From Minicystis rosea (GTDB lineage Bacteria; Myxococcota_A; Polyangia; Polyangiales; Polyangiaceae), in contig CP016211.1 of NCBI GenBank assembly GCA_001931535.1, positions 6,835,703 through 6,867,702 on the forward strand: a stretch of DNA of 32,000 nt, written 5' to 3'. The translations under genes were made by a program, and so were the position numbers. Below the pieces are notes generated by a model. That model searched no databases, was not told the origin of the DNA, and was given only the letters and a program-made list of their open reading frames with translations. Numbering within the stretch: position 1 is the first letter of the stretch; each line of letters starts with the position of its first letter. Shown one piece after another: positions 7,639 to 15,969 of the stretch.

Positions 7639-9665
7639 GTGCGCGGATCGCGCTTGAAATCGAGCTTCACCACGCCGTTCAAATCGAGACGATCGAGGAC
7701 GTCGCCCCCGATGCGGACCAGATCCGGATCGGAGACCAGCTCGAGGTACGTGCTCGCGCCCGCGCTCCGCGGGTAGGTCCGGATCTTCCTCCCCACGAAC
7801 GAGCCCAGCGTCCGCCCGCGCGCGTCGCGGTACGCGTGGAAGCTGTAGACGTGCTCCTCCCCGCCGGGGATGTACTCCTGCACCACGAAGTCGGGCGAGA
7901 ACGAGGAGATGCGCACGATCATCCGCGCCAGCTCCTCCTCGCTCTCCGCGCGCAGCGCCTTCACCGGCCCGACGTTGAGATCGCGCACCGCCTTCGACGT
8001 CCGCCATCCCAGGTGAGAGAACGGCTTGAGGATGTACGGCGCGCGAATGATGCGCGCGATCTCCGCCGCCGTGCGCGCCTCGCTCGACGTGACCGTGCGC
8101 GGCACGGGCAGCCCGTGCGCGCGGGCGAGCGCGGCGAAGCGCACCTTGTCCACGAGCGACTCCAGCAGCTCGGCGGGCGGCATCGCGAAGCGATACCGAG
8201 AAGCGAGCGCCTCGCGGTGCCGCGAGACGAGGAGCAGCGTGGCATCGTCGCCGTAGAAGAGCACCGGCCGATCCGCGAAGAGGCGGCCGAGCGCGAGCAG
8301 CTCGGCGAGCGCGGCCTCGGGCTCCTTGTGCACGTCGGCGATGACGCGGCGTTGACCGCAATGTCGCGAGAAGAAGCAGGGCGCATCGGGATCGGAGGCG
8401 AGCACCACCGTGTGCACGCCGGCGTCCACGAAGCAGCGGAGCATGTTGAGATCCCCGTGCAGCACCGCCGCCGGCCCCGGCGCCGGTGCCGGTCCACGCG
8501 AGGGCGGGCTGCCCAACGAGGCCTCGAGGATCGTGCGCCGGAGCATGCGCCCCTCGGCGCGCCCGCGCTCGCACAAGAGGCGCGCGCGCTCGCGCACACC
8601 GTCCGCGCTCCGCACCGCGCGCAGCCGCACCACCCCGCGCGCCGACGGCGCGAGCTGTCGCTTGTAACGCGATCGCCCCGCGAGAAAATCGTACTCGCGC
8701 CGCCCCGCCTCGATCGCGCGGCGCACCAGCATCGCGTGCAGCGCGATCCCCGGCCGAATCCCGCGCGGCACGTCGAGGCTGCGCCCCGCTTGATAGAAGT
8801 AGACCTTCTCCTGCCAGAGGATCCCGTACGACGCCGCCACGGGCTCACCGCGCGCGGTGAGCCACACGAGCTCGAGCGCGCCGCGCGCGAACAGCTCCGG
8901 CATCACCTCGTCGTGGAACGCGCGGAACCGCGGCGAAGCGAAGGCCCCACCGCCGCCCCAACGCTCGCCGTGCAGCGCGAAGAGGATCCGGCTGCCCTCG
9001 ATTCGCTCGGCCGGTGTCTGCGCCACGCGGAGCTCCACCTCACCGCCGGCCCAGCGCTCGAAATCGCGCGTGGCCCGCGTGACCAGGTATCGGCTCGCCG
9101 ACGACAGCCCGCTCAGATACGCGTGGTACGTCTGCGGCAGCGCGATGTACGGCGCCGATCCGATCGACTCCACCTCGGCCCCGAGACCCGCGCGCTCGAG
9201 CGCCGCGGCGAGGATGCCGGGCATCGCCGTCGTTCCATCCATCGCGGTCAGGACCAGCTCGTCCCACGCTCCGATCGCGCCCTCGGCGAGCGTCGTGGCC
9301 AGCGCCTCCGCGACCGTCTTCTCGACGCCGCGCTCGGCGATCGCGCCGACGTACTCCGAGCAGATCTCGTCAGCCTCGTCCTCGCCGGTGCCGAGCACCT
9401 CGACCCGGCGAAAAGGGATCCCCGGCGCATACCAATGCGTGCGCACGAGGAGCGGCAAGAGCCCTACCAGGCGCGCCCCGTCGCGACACACGATCGTCGC
9501 GAGGCGCCTTCCATCCACAGGGCCGAACACGCGCCACCAAGCAAGCAGCCACAGCGGCGACAGCATCGGCTCGTCGGCCGCGCTCCGCGCGAGCAGCGCC
9601 TCCCACTCGGGGCGGAGCGCTTCGAGCTCGGCAGCTTCGGTGATGACGGACCGGGTAAGCGCCAT
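7614..9665 (-). CDS. CelD/BioF2-like (FemAB-type) GNAT acyltransferase fused in frame to an ATP-grasp domain, truncated at 7614 by the frameshift
   Basis: Track ORF 7614..9773, with ATG at 9665 (MALTRSVITEAAELEALRPEWEALL...). The N-terminal half has CelD-like features: PMLSPLWLLAWW, YFYQAGRS, REYDFLAG. The C-terminal half is ATP-grasp: APYILKP..., VVQEYIPGGEEHVYSFHAY, GVVKLDFKRD. Confidence 0.75.
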   Translation of the reverse strand: MALTRSVITEAAELEALRPEWEALLARSAADEPMLSPLWLLAWWRVFGPVDGRRLATIVCRDGARLVGLLPLLVRTHWYAPGIPFRRVEVLGTGEDEADEICSEYVGAIAERGVEKTVAEALATTLAEGAIGAWDELVLTAMDGTTAMPGILAAALERAGLGAEVESIGSAPYIALPQTYHAYLSGLSSASRYLVTRATRDFERWAGGEVELRVAQTPAERIEGSRILFALHGERWGGGGAFASPRFRAFHDEVMPELFARGALELVWLTARGEPVAASYGILWQEKVYFYQAGRSLDVPRGIRPGIALHAMLVRRAIEAGRREYDFLAGRSRYKRQLAPSARGVVRLRAVRSADGVRERARLLCERGRAEGRMLRRTILEASLGSPPSRGPAPAPGPAAVLHGDLNMLRCFVDAGVHTVVLASDPDAPCFFSRHCGQRRVIADVHKEPEAALAELLALGRLFADRPVLFYGDDATLLLVSRHREALASRYRFAMPPAELLESLVDKVRFAALARAHGLPVPRTVTSSEARTAAEIARIIRAPYILKPFSHLGWRTSKAVRDLNVGPVKALRAESEEELARMIVRISSFSPDFVVQEYIPGGEEHVYSFHAYRDARGRTLGSFVGRKIRTYPRSAGASTYLELVSDPDLVRIGGDVLDRLDLNGVVKLDFKRDPRTGPSICSR

Positions 9666-10115
9666 GATCTGTCCTGTGGGATGAGCACGGGGGCTCGCCG
9701 GTCGCGACGACGCACGCTCGGTGAATGTGTGCTTCCGACATCGTGATGAGCCTGGAGAAGCCGCGGACCTCATCCTCGCAATGGCGGTGCCGGCGAGCGT
9801 GCGCTCTCCCCGCTCATCTCGTCTGCACCTCCCGTTCCTCGTGTTGCTCCACCTCTCGGCTCGCCCCGAAATTTCGGGCTTTCATGCCATCCCACACCCG
9901 CGCCCACCGTCGGACCGAGCGCCGCCGCCGGTGCGTCCCTCGCGCCATCGTCCATCGACGCCGTCATCCGCCGCGCCGGTGCACCTCGCCGTGCCCCCTT
10001 TGCAAGCATGCCCGTCGCGGCGATGACCATGCGCGGACGCATCCGTTGAAACCCGCGCGCGCATCGGGCTCCTACCTGGACCTGGAGAGAGCCGTCGTGT
10101 ACGAAGGGGGAATCC

Positions 10116-11024
10116 ATGCAGGTTCGCTTCTTCGGCGTGCGCGGATCGGTGCCGACGCCCGGCAGTGCCACCGTGCGCTACGGCGGCAACACCGTCTGTG
10201 TCGAGGCGCGCCTCGCCGACGGGAGCGTGGTCATCCTCGACGGCGGCACCGGCCTGCGCGAGCTCGGCAAGGTGCTCCTCTCCGAAGGCCACCGCGGCCC
10301 GCTCTCGGTGTTGCTCACGCACGTGCACTACGACCACATCATCGGCCTCCCGTTCTTCGGGCCGTTGTGGCGTCGCGACACGACGATGAACATCTACCCG
10401 CTCGCCAACGACGCCCATCAAGACTCGGCGCGCCGCCGCGCCCTCTTCGACGGCGTTCACTTCCCCGTGCGCGGCTCCGACATCCCCGCGCGGATGGATT
10501 TGATCGAGCCCGGTGAAGGCGCGTGGCGCATCGGCTCCGCGCTCGTCCGGCGCATCGGCTTGAGCCATCCCGGCGGCGCGCAGGGCTTCCGCATCGACGA
10601 CGACGACGGCAGCTCCCTCGCCTACCTCACCGACAACGAGCTCGCGCCCGCCGGCAGCGGCAGCGCCGCGACCGAGGCCCTCGCGCGCTTCGCCTCCGGC
10701 GTGAACGTGCTCATCCACGACGCCCAGTACGACGAGCCCGAGATGACGGACAAGCGCGGCTGGGGCCACTCGTCGTTGCTCAGCGTGCTCGAGCTCGGCC
10801 GCATGGCCGAGACGGCGCACCTCATCCTCTTCCACCACGATCCCGATCGCGACGACGAAGCGCTCGACGCCTTCGGTGCGCGCGCCCGCTGGTGGCTCAA
10901 CCAGCAGAAGAGCCCGACGCGCGCCACCGTCGCCCACGAAGGCTTGGTCCTACGCCTCGATCACGGTACCGAGCCCGACGCCGCGCCGGCCCCCTCGACC
11001 CGAGGGCGCGCCTCGTCGCGGTGA
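10116..11024 (+). CDS. MBL-fold metallo-hydrolase
   Basis: Track ORF 10116..11024. MQVRFFGVRGSVPTPG..., ILDGGTG, and the HxHxDH motif as LTHVHYDHIIG. HHDPDRDD lies near the C-terminus. Confidence 0.88.
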   Translation: MQVRFFGVRGSVPTPGSATVRYGGNTVCVEARLADGSVVILDGGTGLRELGKVLLSEGHRGPLSVLLTHVHYDHIIGLPFFGPLWRRDTTMNIYPLANDAHQDSARRRALFDGVHFPVRGSDIPARMDLIEPGEGAWRIGSALVRRIGLSHPGGAQGFRIDDDDGSSLAYLTDNELAPAGSGSAATEALARFASGVNVLIHDAQYDEPEMTDKRGWGHSSLLSVLELGRMAETAHLILFHHDPDRDDEALDAFGARARWWLNQQKSPTRATVAHEGLVLRLDHGTEPDAAPAPSTRGRASSR

Positions 11025-11800
11025 TCGCGATGATCGATCGTGTGATGGGGCCCGACGAGCCGGCCTCGATCCTGCGCCTCCCCGCCGCCGCGCTCATCGC
11101 CCCAGAGGTCGCGCCGCCGCGCGCGCTCCTCCGCGATCACCTCGCCGTGCAGTACCAAGGCGTGCTCTCACGCCGCGAGTGCGTGGCCCTCGTGCGCGGC
11201 GTGTACGCCGGCCGCGACGCCTGGGTCTCGAACTTCGACGGCGTGCAATTCACGCTCGGCCGCGCGTGGTACGTGCACCTCGAGACCGATCGCGAGGACG
11301 AATACTTCGACGGCGCCCTCGCCTCCGATGCATCGGTCGAGCGCTTCGTCCCCGGCCTCGCCGATCGCCTCCTCGGCCTCATGCAAGGCTTCCTCGGCGG
11401 TCCCGTGGCGCGACGCGAAGGCTGGTGCGGCCCCGGCGTGCACGTCTTCCCGGCCCAGGAGTGGGTGTCCCATCACGGCGGCGACGTCCACTTCGACTGC
11501 GAAGGCCTCACCGAAGATCAGCTCGCCGCCCACGCCGAAGCCGTCACCGCCATCTTGATGCTCCAGCCCGCTGCGCAGGGCGGCGGCCTGCGCGTCTGGG
11601 ATCACCTCTACGAAGACGAAGACACCGACGAGGCCCCGGGCTCGTCACGCTGCGAGATCGTCGCCTACGACGCCGGCGATCTCGTCTTCATCGACAGCTA
11701 CCGCCTGCATCAAATCTGCGCGTCGAGCGGCCCGCTCGATCGCATCTCGATGACGGCCCACGCAGCGTGGAACGGCACCGGTTGGGAGACTTGGTTTTGA
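11021..11800 (+). CDS. 2OG-Fe(II) oxygenase-like protein (tentative)
   Basis: This is the tail of track ORF 10523..11800. GTG 11021 overlaps the MBL stop as GTGA; the alternative start is ATG 11030. There is a possible HxD...H...RxS facial triad arrangement: GGDVHFDCEG, SYRLHQI, DRISMTAH. Confidence 0.55.
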   Translation: MIAMIDRVMGPDEPASILRLPAAALIAPEVAPPRALLRDHLAVQYQGVLSRRECVALVRGVYAGRDAWVSNFDGVQFTLGRAWYVHLETDREDEYFDGALASDASVERFVPGLADRLLGLMQGFLGGPVARREGWCGPGVHVFPAQEWVSHHGGDVHFDCEGLTEDQLAAHAEAVTAILMLQPAAQGGGLRVWDHLYEDEDTDEAPGSSRCEIVAYDAGDLVFIDSYRLHQICASSGPLDRISMTAHAAWNGTGWETWF

Positions 11801-11835
11801 TATGACGCTCGCCATCCATCCCCTCCCCGCTTGAG

Positions 11836-13026
11836 ATGAGCCGCGCTCCCCTCGTCATCTCGTCGCTCGCCGCGCGTCGTCTTCTCCTCGGCGCGCAGGG
11901 CCTCTTCGACGATCCCACGCGCCCCGCCACGCCGGCCGCGCTGCGCCGCTTGATCCTCGCGCTCGGCTTCGTGCAGGTCGACAGCATCAACACCGTCGCG
12001 CGCGCGCACCACCTCACGCTGCACAGCCGTCTCGACGGCTACCATCCGCGCACGCTCACGCGCCTCTTGGAGCGCGATCGCTTCCTCTTCGAGCACTGGA
12101 CGCACGACGCCAGCATCATCCCCACCGCGTGGTACGCGCACTGGAAGCCTCGCTTCACCCGCGATCGCCCGCGCATCGAGAAGAACGCTTGGTGGCAGAA
12201 GCTCCTCGGCCCGGAACGAGCGCGGGTCACCTCGGCGATGTTGGATCGCATCACCCGCGACGGCCCTCTCCGCGCCGCCGATCTCGACACCAAATCGAGC
12301 GGCGGCTTCTGGGCGTGGACGCCGGAGAAGGCCGCCCTCGAATACCTCTGGCGCGTCGGCGATCTCGCCGTCCACGCGCGCCACAACTTTCAAAAGGTCT
12401 ACGACCTCCCCACGCGCGTCCTCCCCGCGCATCACCCTCTGCCCGAGCCCGACGCCGCGACGCACCTCACCTGGGCCTGCAGCACGGCCGCCGATCGCCT
12501 CGTCGTCTTCACCCCGCGCGAGCTCGCCCATTACTGGGGCGCCGTCTCGCTCGCCGACGCCCGCTCCTTCTGCGTCGAGTCTGCGCGCCGCGGTCAGCTC
12601 GTCGAAGCGCACGCCGAGAGCGCCGACGGCTCGGCCCCGCAGCCCGTCTTCGCGCTCGCGGATTGGGAAGCGCGCCTCGCCGCTCTGCCGGAAGCTCCCG
12701 ATCGCCTCCGCCTCCTCGCGCCCTTCGATCCGATCATCCGCGATCGCGATCGCGCGCGCCGTCGCTTCGGCTTCGACTACACCTTCGAGGCCTACACGCC
12801 CGCGAAGAAGCGCCGCTTCGGCTACTACGTTCTCCCGATGTTGGAGGGCGATCGCCTCGTCGGCCGCGTCGATCCCATCCTCCGCCGCGACGAGGATCGG
12901 CTCGTCGTCCAAGGCGTGTGGTGGGAGCCCGGCATCCGCGCCACCAAAGCGCGCAAGCGATCCCTCGATGCTGCGCTCGCGCGCTTGGCCGCCTTCGCCG
13001 GCGCCACGCGCGTCGACTGGGCGTGA
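11836..13026 (+). CDS. winged-helix DNA glycosylase-like protein (YcaQ/AlkZ family, DUF1006)
   Basis: Track ORF 11836..13026. Family-like segments: LGFVQVDSINTVARAHHLTLHSRL, FEHWTHDASIIP, FDYTFEAYTPAKKRRFGYYVLPML, GRVD. Confidence 0.8.
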   Translation: MSRAPLVISSLAARRLLLGAQGLFDDPTRPATPAALRRLILALGFVQVDSINTVARAHHLTLHSRLDGYHPRTLTRLLERDRFLFEHWTHDASIIPTAWYAHWKPRFTRDRPRIEKNAWWQKLLGPERARVTSAMLDRITRDGPLRAADLDTKSSGGFWAWTPEKAALEYLWRVGDLAVHARHNFQKVYDLPTRVLPAHHPLPEPDAATHLTWACSTAADRLVVFTPRELAHYWGAVSLADARSFCVESARRGQLVEAHAESADGSAPQPVFALADWEARLAALPEAPDRLRLLAPFDPIIRDRDRARRRFGFDYTFEAYTPAKKRRFGYYVLPMLEGDRLVGRVDPILRRDEDRLVVQGVWWEPGIRATKARKRSLDAALARLAAFAGATRVDWA

Positions 13027-13104
13027 CGCCGCGACGCCCTATCGCCCCCACCGCGTACGCTCGCTCGTCGATCCGATCGCGAGGATCGACGAGCGAGATC
13101 TCGA

Positions 13105-13383
13105 CTACTTGTCTTCCTTCGGCGCGACGAACTCCGGCGGGACCGCGGCCCCCTCGCCGAAGAAGTACTTCTCCAGCTCCGTCATCCAGATGCGCTGCCC
13201 CGACTCCGACATGAGATCGAGGCGGTATTCGTTGATGAGCATCTTCGAGTGCTCGAGCCACATCTTCCAAGCTTCCTTGGAGACGTTCTCGAAGACGCGT
13301 TGTCCGAGCGGCCCCTTGATCGGCGGCTTCTCCAGACCTTCGGCTTCTCGGCCGAGCTTCACGCATTGGACCATTCGCGACAT
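13105..13383 (-). CDS. yggX: Fe(2+)-trafficking / oxidative damage protection protein YggX
   Basis: Track ORF 13105..13383, 92 aa: MSRMVQCVKLGREAEGLEKPPIKGPLGQRVFENVSKEAWKMWLEHSKMLINEYRLDLM... This is collinear with enterobacterial YggX. Confidence 0.9.
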   Translation of the reverse strand: MSRMVQCVKLGREAEGLEKPPIKGPLGQRVFENVSKEAWKMWLEHSKMLINEYRLDLMSESGQRIWMTELEKYFFGEGAAVPPEFVAPKEDK

Positions 13384-13544
13384 GCGTCGCCTCTTACCCG
13401 ACCCGCGCCACGCCGTCGAGGCGCGACCTCACGAGCGCCGCCGCGCCGCGCGCCGGGAACCGCCGCCCAGCGTCGTCGACCATGGTCAATCGCGCGCCCA
13501 GCCTTCATCGGCGGACGCGCGCCGCGATCGCTCGCCGACACGCG

Positions 13545-13594
13545 CACACCGAACGGATGAGCCCCGGACCCGGGTTCGATTCCCGGTGCTGCCA
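13545..13594 (+). other. degenerate copy of the tmRNA 3' end (T-arm plus acceptor-like tail)
   Basis: 13565..13586 (CGGACCCGGGTTCGATTCCCGG) is identical to 14041..14062 of ssrA. The next 8 nt, TGCTGCCA, match CGCCTCCA at 5 of 8 positions. Weaker similarity extends about 20 nt upstream. No complementary 5' acceptor strand (GGCAGCA) is nearby. Confidence 0.7.
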
Positions 13595-13671
13595 ATGGAG
13601 CTCGTCCCTCTCGCTCGCCCCTCCGATCCTTCGTTCGAATCAGGCTCGAGGACGATGTCGAGGTCGCGCGC

Positions 13672-13699
13672 TTGACGTGGCTGTGTCGGCGCGTATGTT
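13672..13699 (+). promoter_or_regulatory. candidate sigma-70-type promoter for ssrA
   Basis: TTGACG (13672..13677), a 16-nt spacer, then TATGTT (13694..13699), ending about 28 nt upstream of the mature tmRNA 5' end. The -10 element sits inside a GCGCGTA-tgt-TACGCGC inverted repeat. Confidence 0.3.
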
Positions 13700-13727
13700 A
13701 CGCGCGCCCCTTCACCCCGGGCTTTCC

Positions 13728-14071
<344 letters not shown>

Positions 14072-14185
14072 TGAATTTCCCGACGATCCCCGTTCCTTCC
14101 TTCTCGTTTGTGCCGTGATCCGTTGTGATGCGCGCCGTGCCCCCGTGGCGCGGCAACCGCGCTCACGCGTGCGCATCCGGCCGCG

Positions 14186-14713
14186 CTACCAATTCGCGAG
14201 CTGGTGGAGCACGAAGATCAGCTCCGCCGCGGTGCGTCCCCAGCAGGCATCGGCCTCGAGCTGGAACGCCATGCTGCGCAGCGCGGTCGCCCGGTCCACG
14301 CTCCCCGCATCGAGCGCGCGTAGACAGGCGCCCACGGTCGATGCGATCTCCGCGACGCCCGCGCGCACGCTGCCATCGACCACCTCACGTCTCTCGCTGG
14401 GGTGGCTGGTGTCGCCGATGGGAAAGCGTGTGATGCGATAGTCGTCCGGCAGCGGCGCAGGCGACCAGCCCGAGGAAGGCTGCGCCCCGTGCGGCACCGG
14501 GAGGTCGTCGCCCGTGAGGAGCATCGGCCCCTGCTCGTCGCCGAGGTGAGCGCACGCTGCAGCCGCGGCGTAGAGCTCGGCAAGCGCGTCGCGCATCCGC
14601 CGCGCCTTTCGGATGAAATCATCGCCCTCGGCTGCGCTGTCGGAAGCGATCAGCACGAACACACGCGCAGCGGCCTCCAATCGCTCGGCAGGAATGGATT
14701 CCGATGGATGCAT
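14186..14713 (-). CDS. hypothetical protein (pattern reminiscent of DUF5063, unverified)
   Basis: Track ORF 14186..14713 with an ATG start and coding-like codon usage. Segments DALAELYAAAAA ... GSVRAGVAEIASTVGACLRALDAG ... WGRTAAELIFVLHQL. Confidence 0.6.
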   Translation of the reverse strand: MHPSESIPAERLEAAARVFVLIASDSAAEGDDFIRKARRMRDALAELYAAAAACAHLGDEQGPMLLTGDDLPVPHGAQPSSGWSPAPLPDDYRITRFPIGDTSHPSERREVVDGSVRAGVAEIASTVGACLRALDAGSVDRATALRSMAFQLEADACWGRTAAELIFVLHQLANW

Positions 14714-14883
14714 GAGCGCTCGAAGGTCGCATCCGCTGGATGGATGTCAATCCCGCGCTCGGGCTCCGGCGCGCGTCCATCATCGCGCGCGCCGATATAG
14801 CAACTCCACCCTCATCGTCGACACGAGCCCATACGCAACTCTACGCATGGTGCCCGGAGCCGGCACATCGGTATCGTGATCGG

Positions 14884-15306
14884 ATGGGGTGGCGACGCGC
14901 TTGGTACGACGCGAACCGGAGCAGTTATCGTTCCTTCCATCTCGGTGAGACGCTCGCACCGCTGCTCGGTGGCTGTCTCGTGATCGCATTGGCCTTTGGC
15001 GGCTGCGGGATGTGCGTTTGCGCCAGCGCGATGCACAGCACGGCCGAGCGCCTCGGCGAAAACGAAGCCCCTCGCCACGAGCCTGCGACGCCCCCTCGGC
15101 GAGCAGCGACGCCTGCTCCAGCACCTGCCCCCGAACCGCCGCTGTCGAAGTCGCCATCCACCGCGCCCGCACAGGCAGCCCCGAGCTTCGGCACGTGCGC
15201 CGACGGGACGCCGGCACGATGCTCAGGTCGCGGGTGCTGCTCACACCACGGCGGGACGGGAAGCGGACATCACCGCAGCCATGGTGGCGGGCATCGAAAG
15301 AAGTAG
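14884..15306 (+). CDS. small membrane-anchored Pro-rich protein with a DUF3761-like Cys/His/Gly C-terminus
   Basis: ATG 14884 lies within track ORF 14740..15306. One hydrophobic helix (LAPLLGGCLVIALAFGGCGMCVCA), a Pro/Ala linker, then CADGTPARCSGRGCCSHHGGTGSGHHRSHGGGHRKK. This resembles the C.DG..S.S...G.CSHHGG signature I associate with DUF3761. Confidence 0.5.
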   Translation: MGWRRAWYDANRSSYRSFHLGETLAPLLGGCLVIALAFGGCGMCVCASAMHSTAERLGENEAPRHEPATPPRRAATPAPAPAPEPPLSKSPSTAPAQAAPSFGTCADGTPARCSGRGCCSHHGGTGSGHHRSHGGGHRKK

Positions 15307-15353
15307 ACGGCTTCCTCGAACACGCTCGAGCTCGTGGGAGCTCCATCACACCT

Positions 15354-15896
15354 TCAGCGGCGCTTTGGAGTGGGACGCTGCTGGGGCTGTGGACGAGGCG
15401 TTGCTTCCTGCGCAGGCGACGCCGCAGCCGACGTCGGCGCCCCGCCCACGAGCTCGCAGTCGTCGAGCAACACATTCATCATGAGCCCCGATACGCGCCC
15501 TTGGAATGTTGCGCGCGTGCCTTTGTCGAGGCTTGCGGCTTTTGCCTCCTGACCGCGGGCGAGGCTGCACTGCACCTCCGGAATCTCGAAGGCTGCGCCC
15601 GTGCCCAAGGTGACGAAGGGCTTGTCGAGGATGTCTTTCTTGATGTGGCCGACGAGGCCCGTCACCTTGACGAGCTTGCCCTTCCACTTCGCGTCACCGC
15701 GGACTTCGTTGCCCTTGTAGTCCGCCATCAACGTTGCGGCGTCGACGGCAATGGCCTGCTCCGATGACGCGGGTGTGCTCCCGGGCGCGGAGCCTCCTTC
15801 CTGTCGTTTCGAGCCATTTCCGCAGGCGAGCGATGCCGCGAGAAGAAGCCCCATGTACGCGAGTGGTTCGAGGCGGCGAACGATGGCGAGGTTCAT
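15354..15896 (-). CDS. lipoprotein with OB-fold (tRNA_anti-like) domain
   Basis: Track ORF 15354..15917 opens on a TTG. ATG 15896 gives MNLAIVRRLEPLAYMGLLLAASLAC with lipobox L-A-C. ADYKGNEVRGDAKWKGKLVKVTGLVGHI is typical of the OB-fold putative-lipoprotein family. Confidence 0.75.
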   Translation of the reverse strand: MNLAIVRRLEPLAYMGLLLAASLACGNGSKRQEGGSAPGSTPASSEQAIAVDAATLMADYKGNEVRGDAKWKGKLVKVTGLVGHIKKDILDKPFVTLGTGAAFEIPEVQCSLARGQEAKAASLDKGTRATFQGRVSGLMMNVLLDDCELVGGAPTSAAASPAQEATPRPQPQQRPTPKRR

Positions 15897-15969
15897 TCTG
15901 CCGACGCTACAAGCCAAGCACGCGATGCGCCCTCCGCAAGACTACGTAGGGCACCCACCGTCTTCGGAG

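Noticed and set aside
9721-10115. ORFs in the spacer between the GNAT-ATP-grasp operon and the MBL gene (9721..10026, 9725..10516, 9770..10171)
   Set aside because: They are Pro/Arg/Ser-rich with no motifs and mutually overlap in three frames. I treat the region as a divergent promoter region.
13520-13597. Intact tRNA gene, or the acceptor piece of a two-piece (permuted) tmRNA
   Set aside because: Only a T-arm plus a 3' acceptor-like strand is present. No complementary 5' acceptor strand (GGCAGCA), D-arm or anticodon arm is found upstream. The downstream ssrA at 13728..14070 already has both matching ends, so it is a standard one-piece tmRNA.
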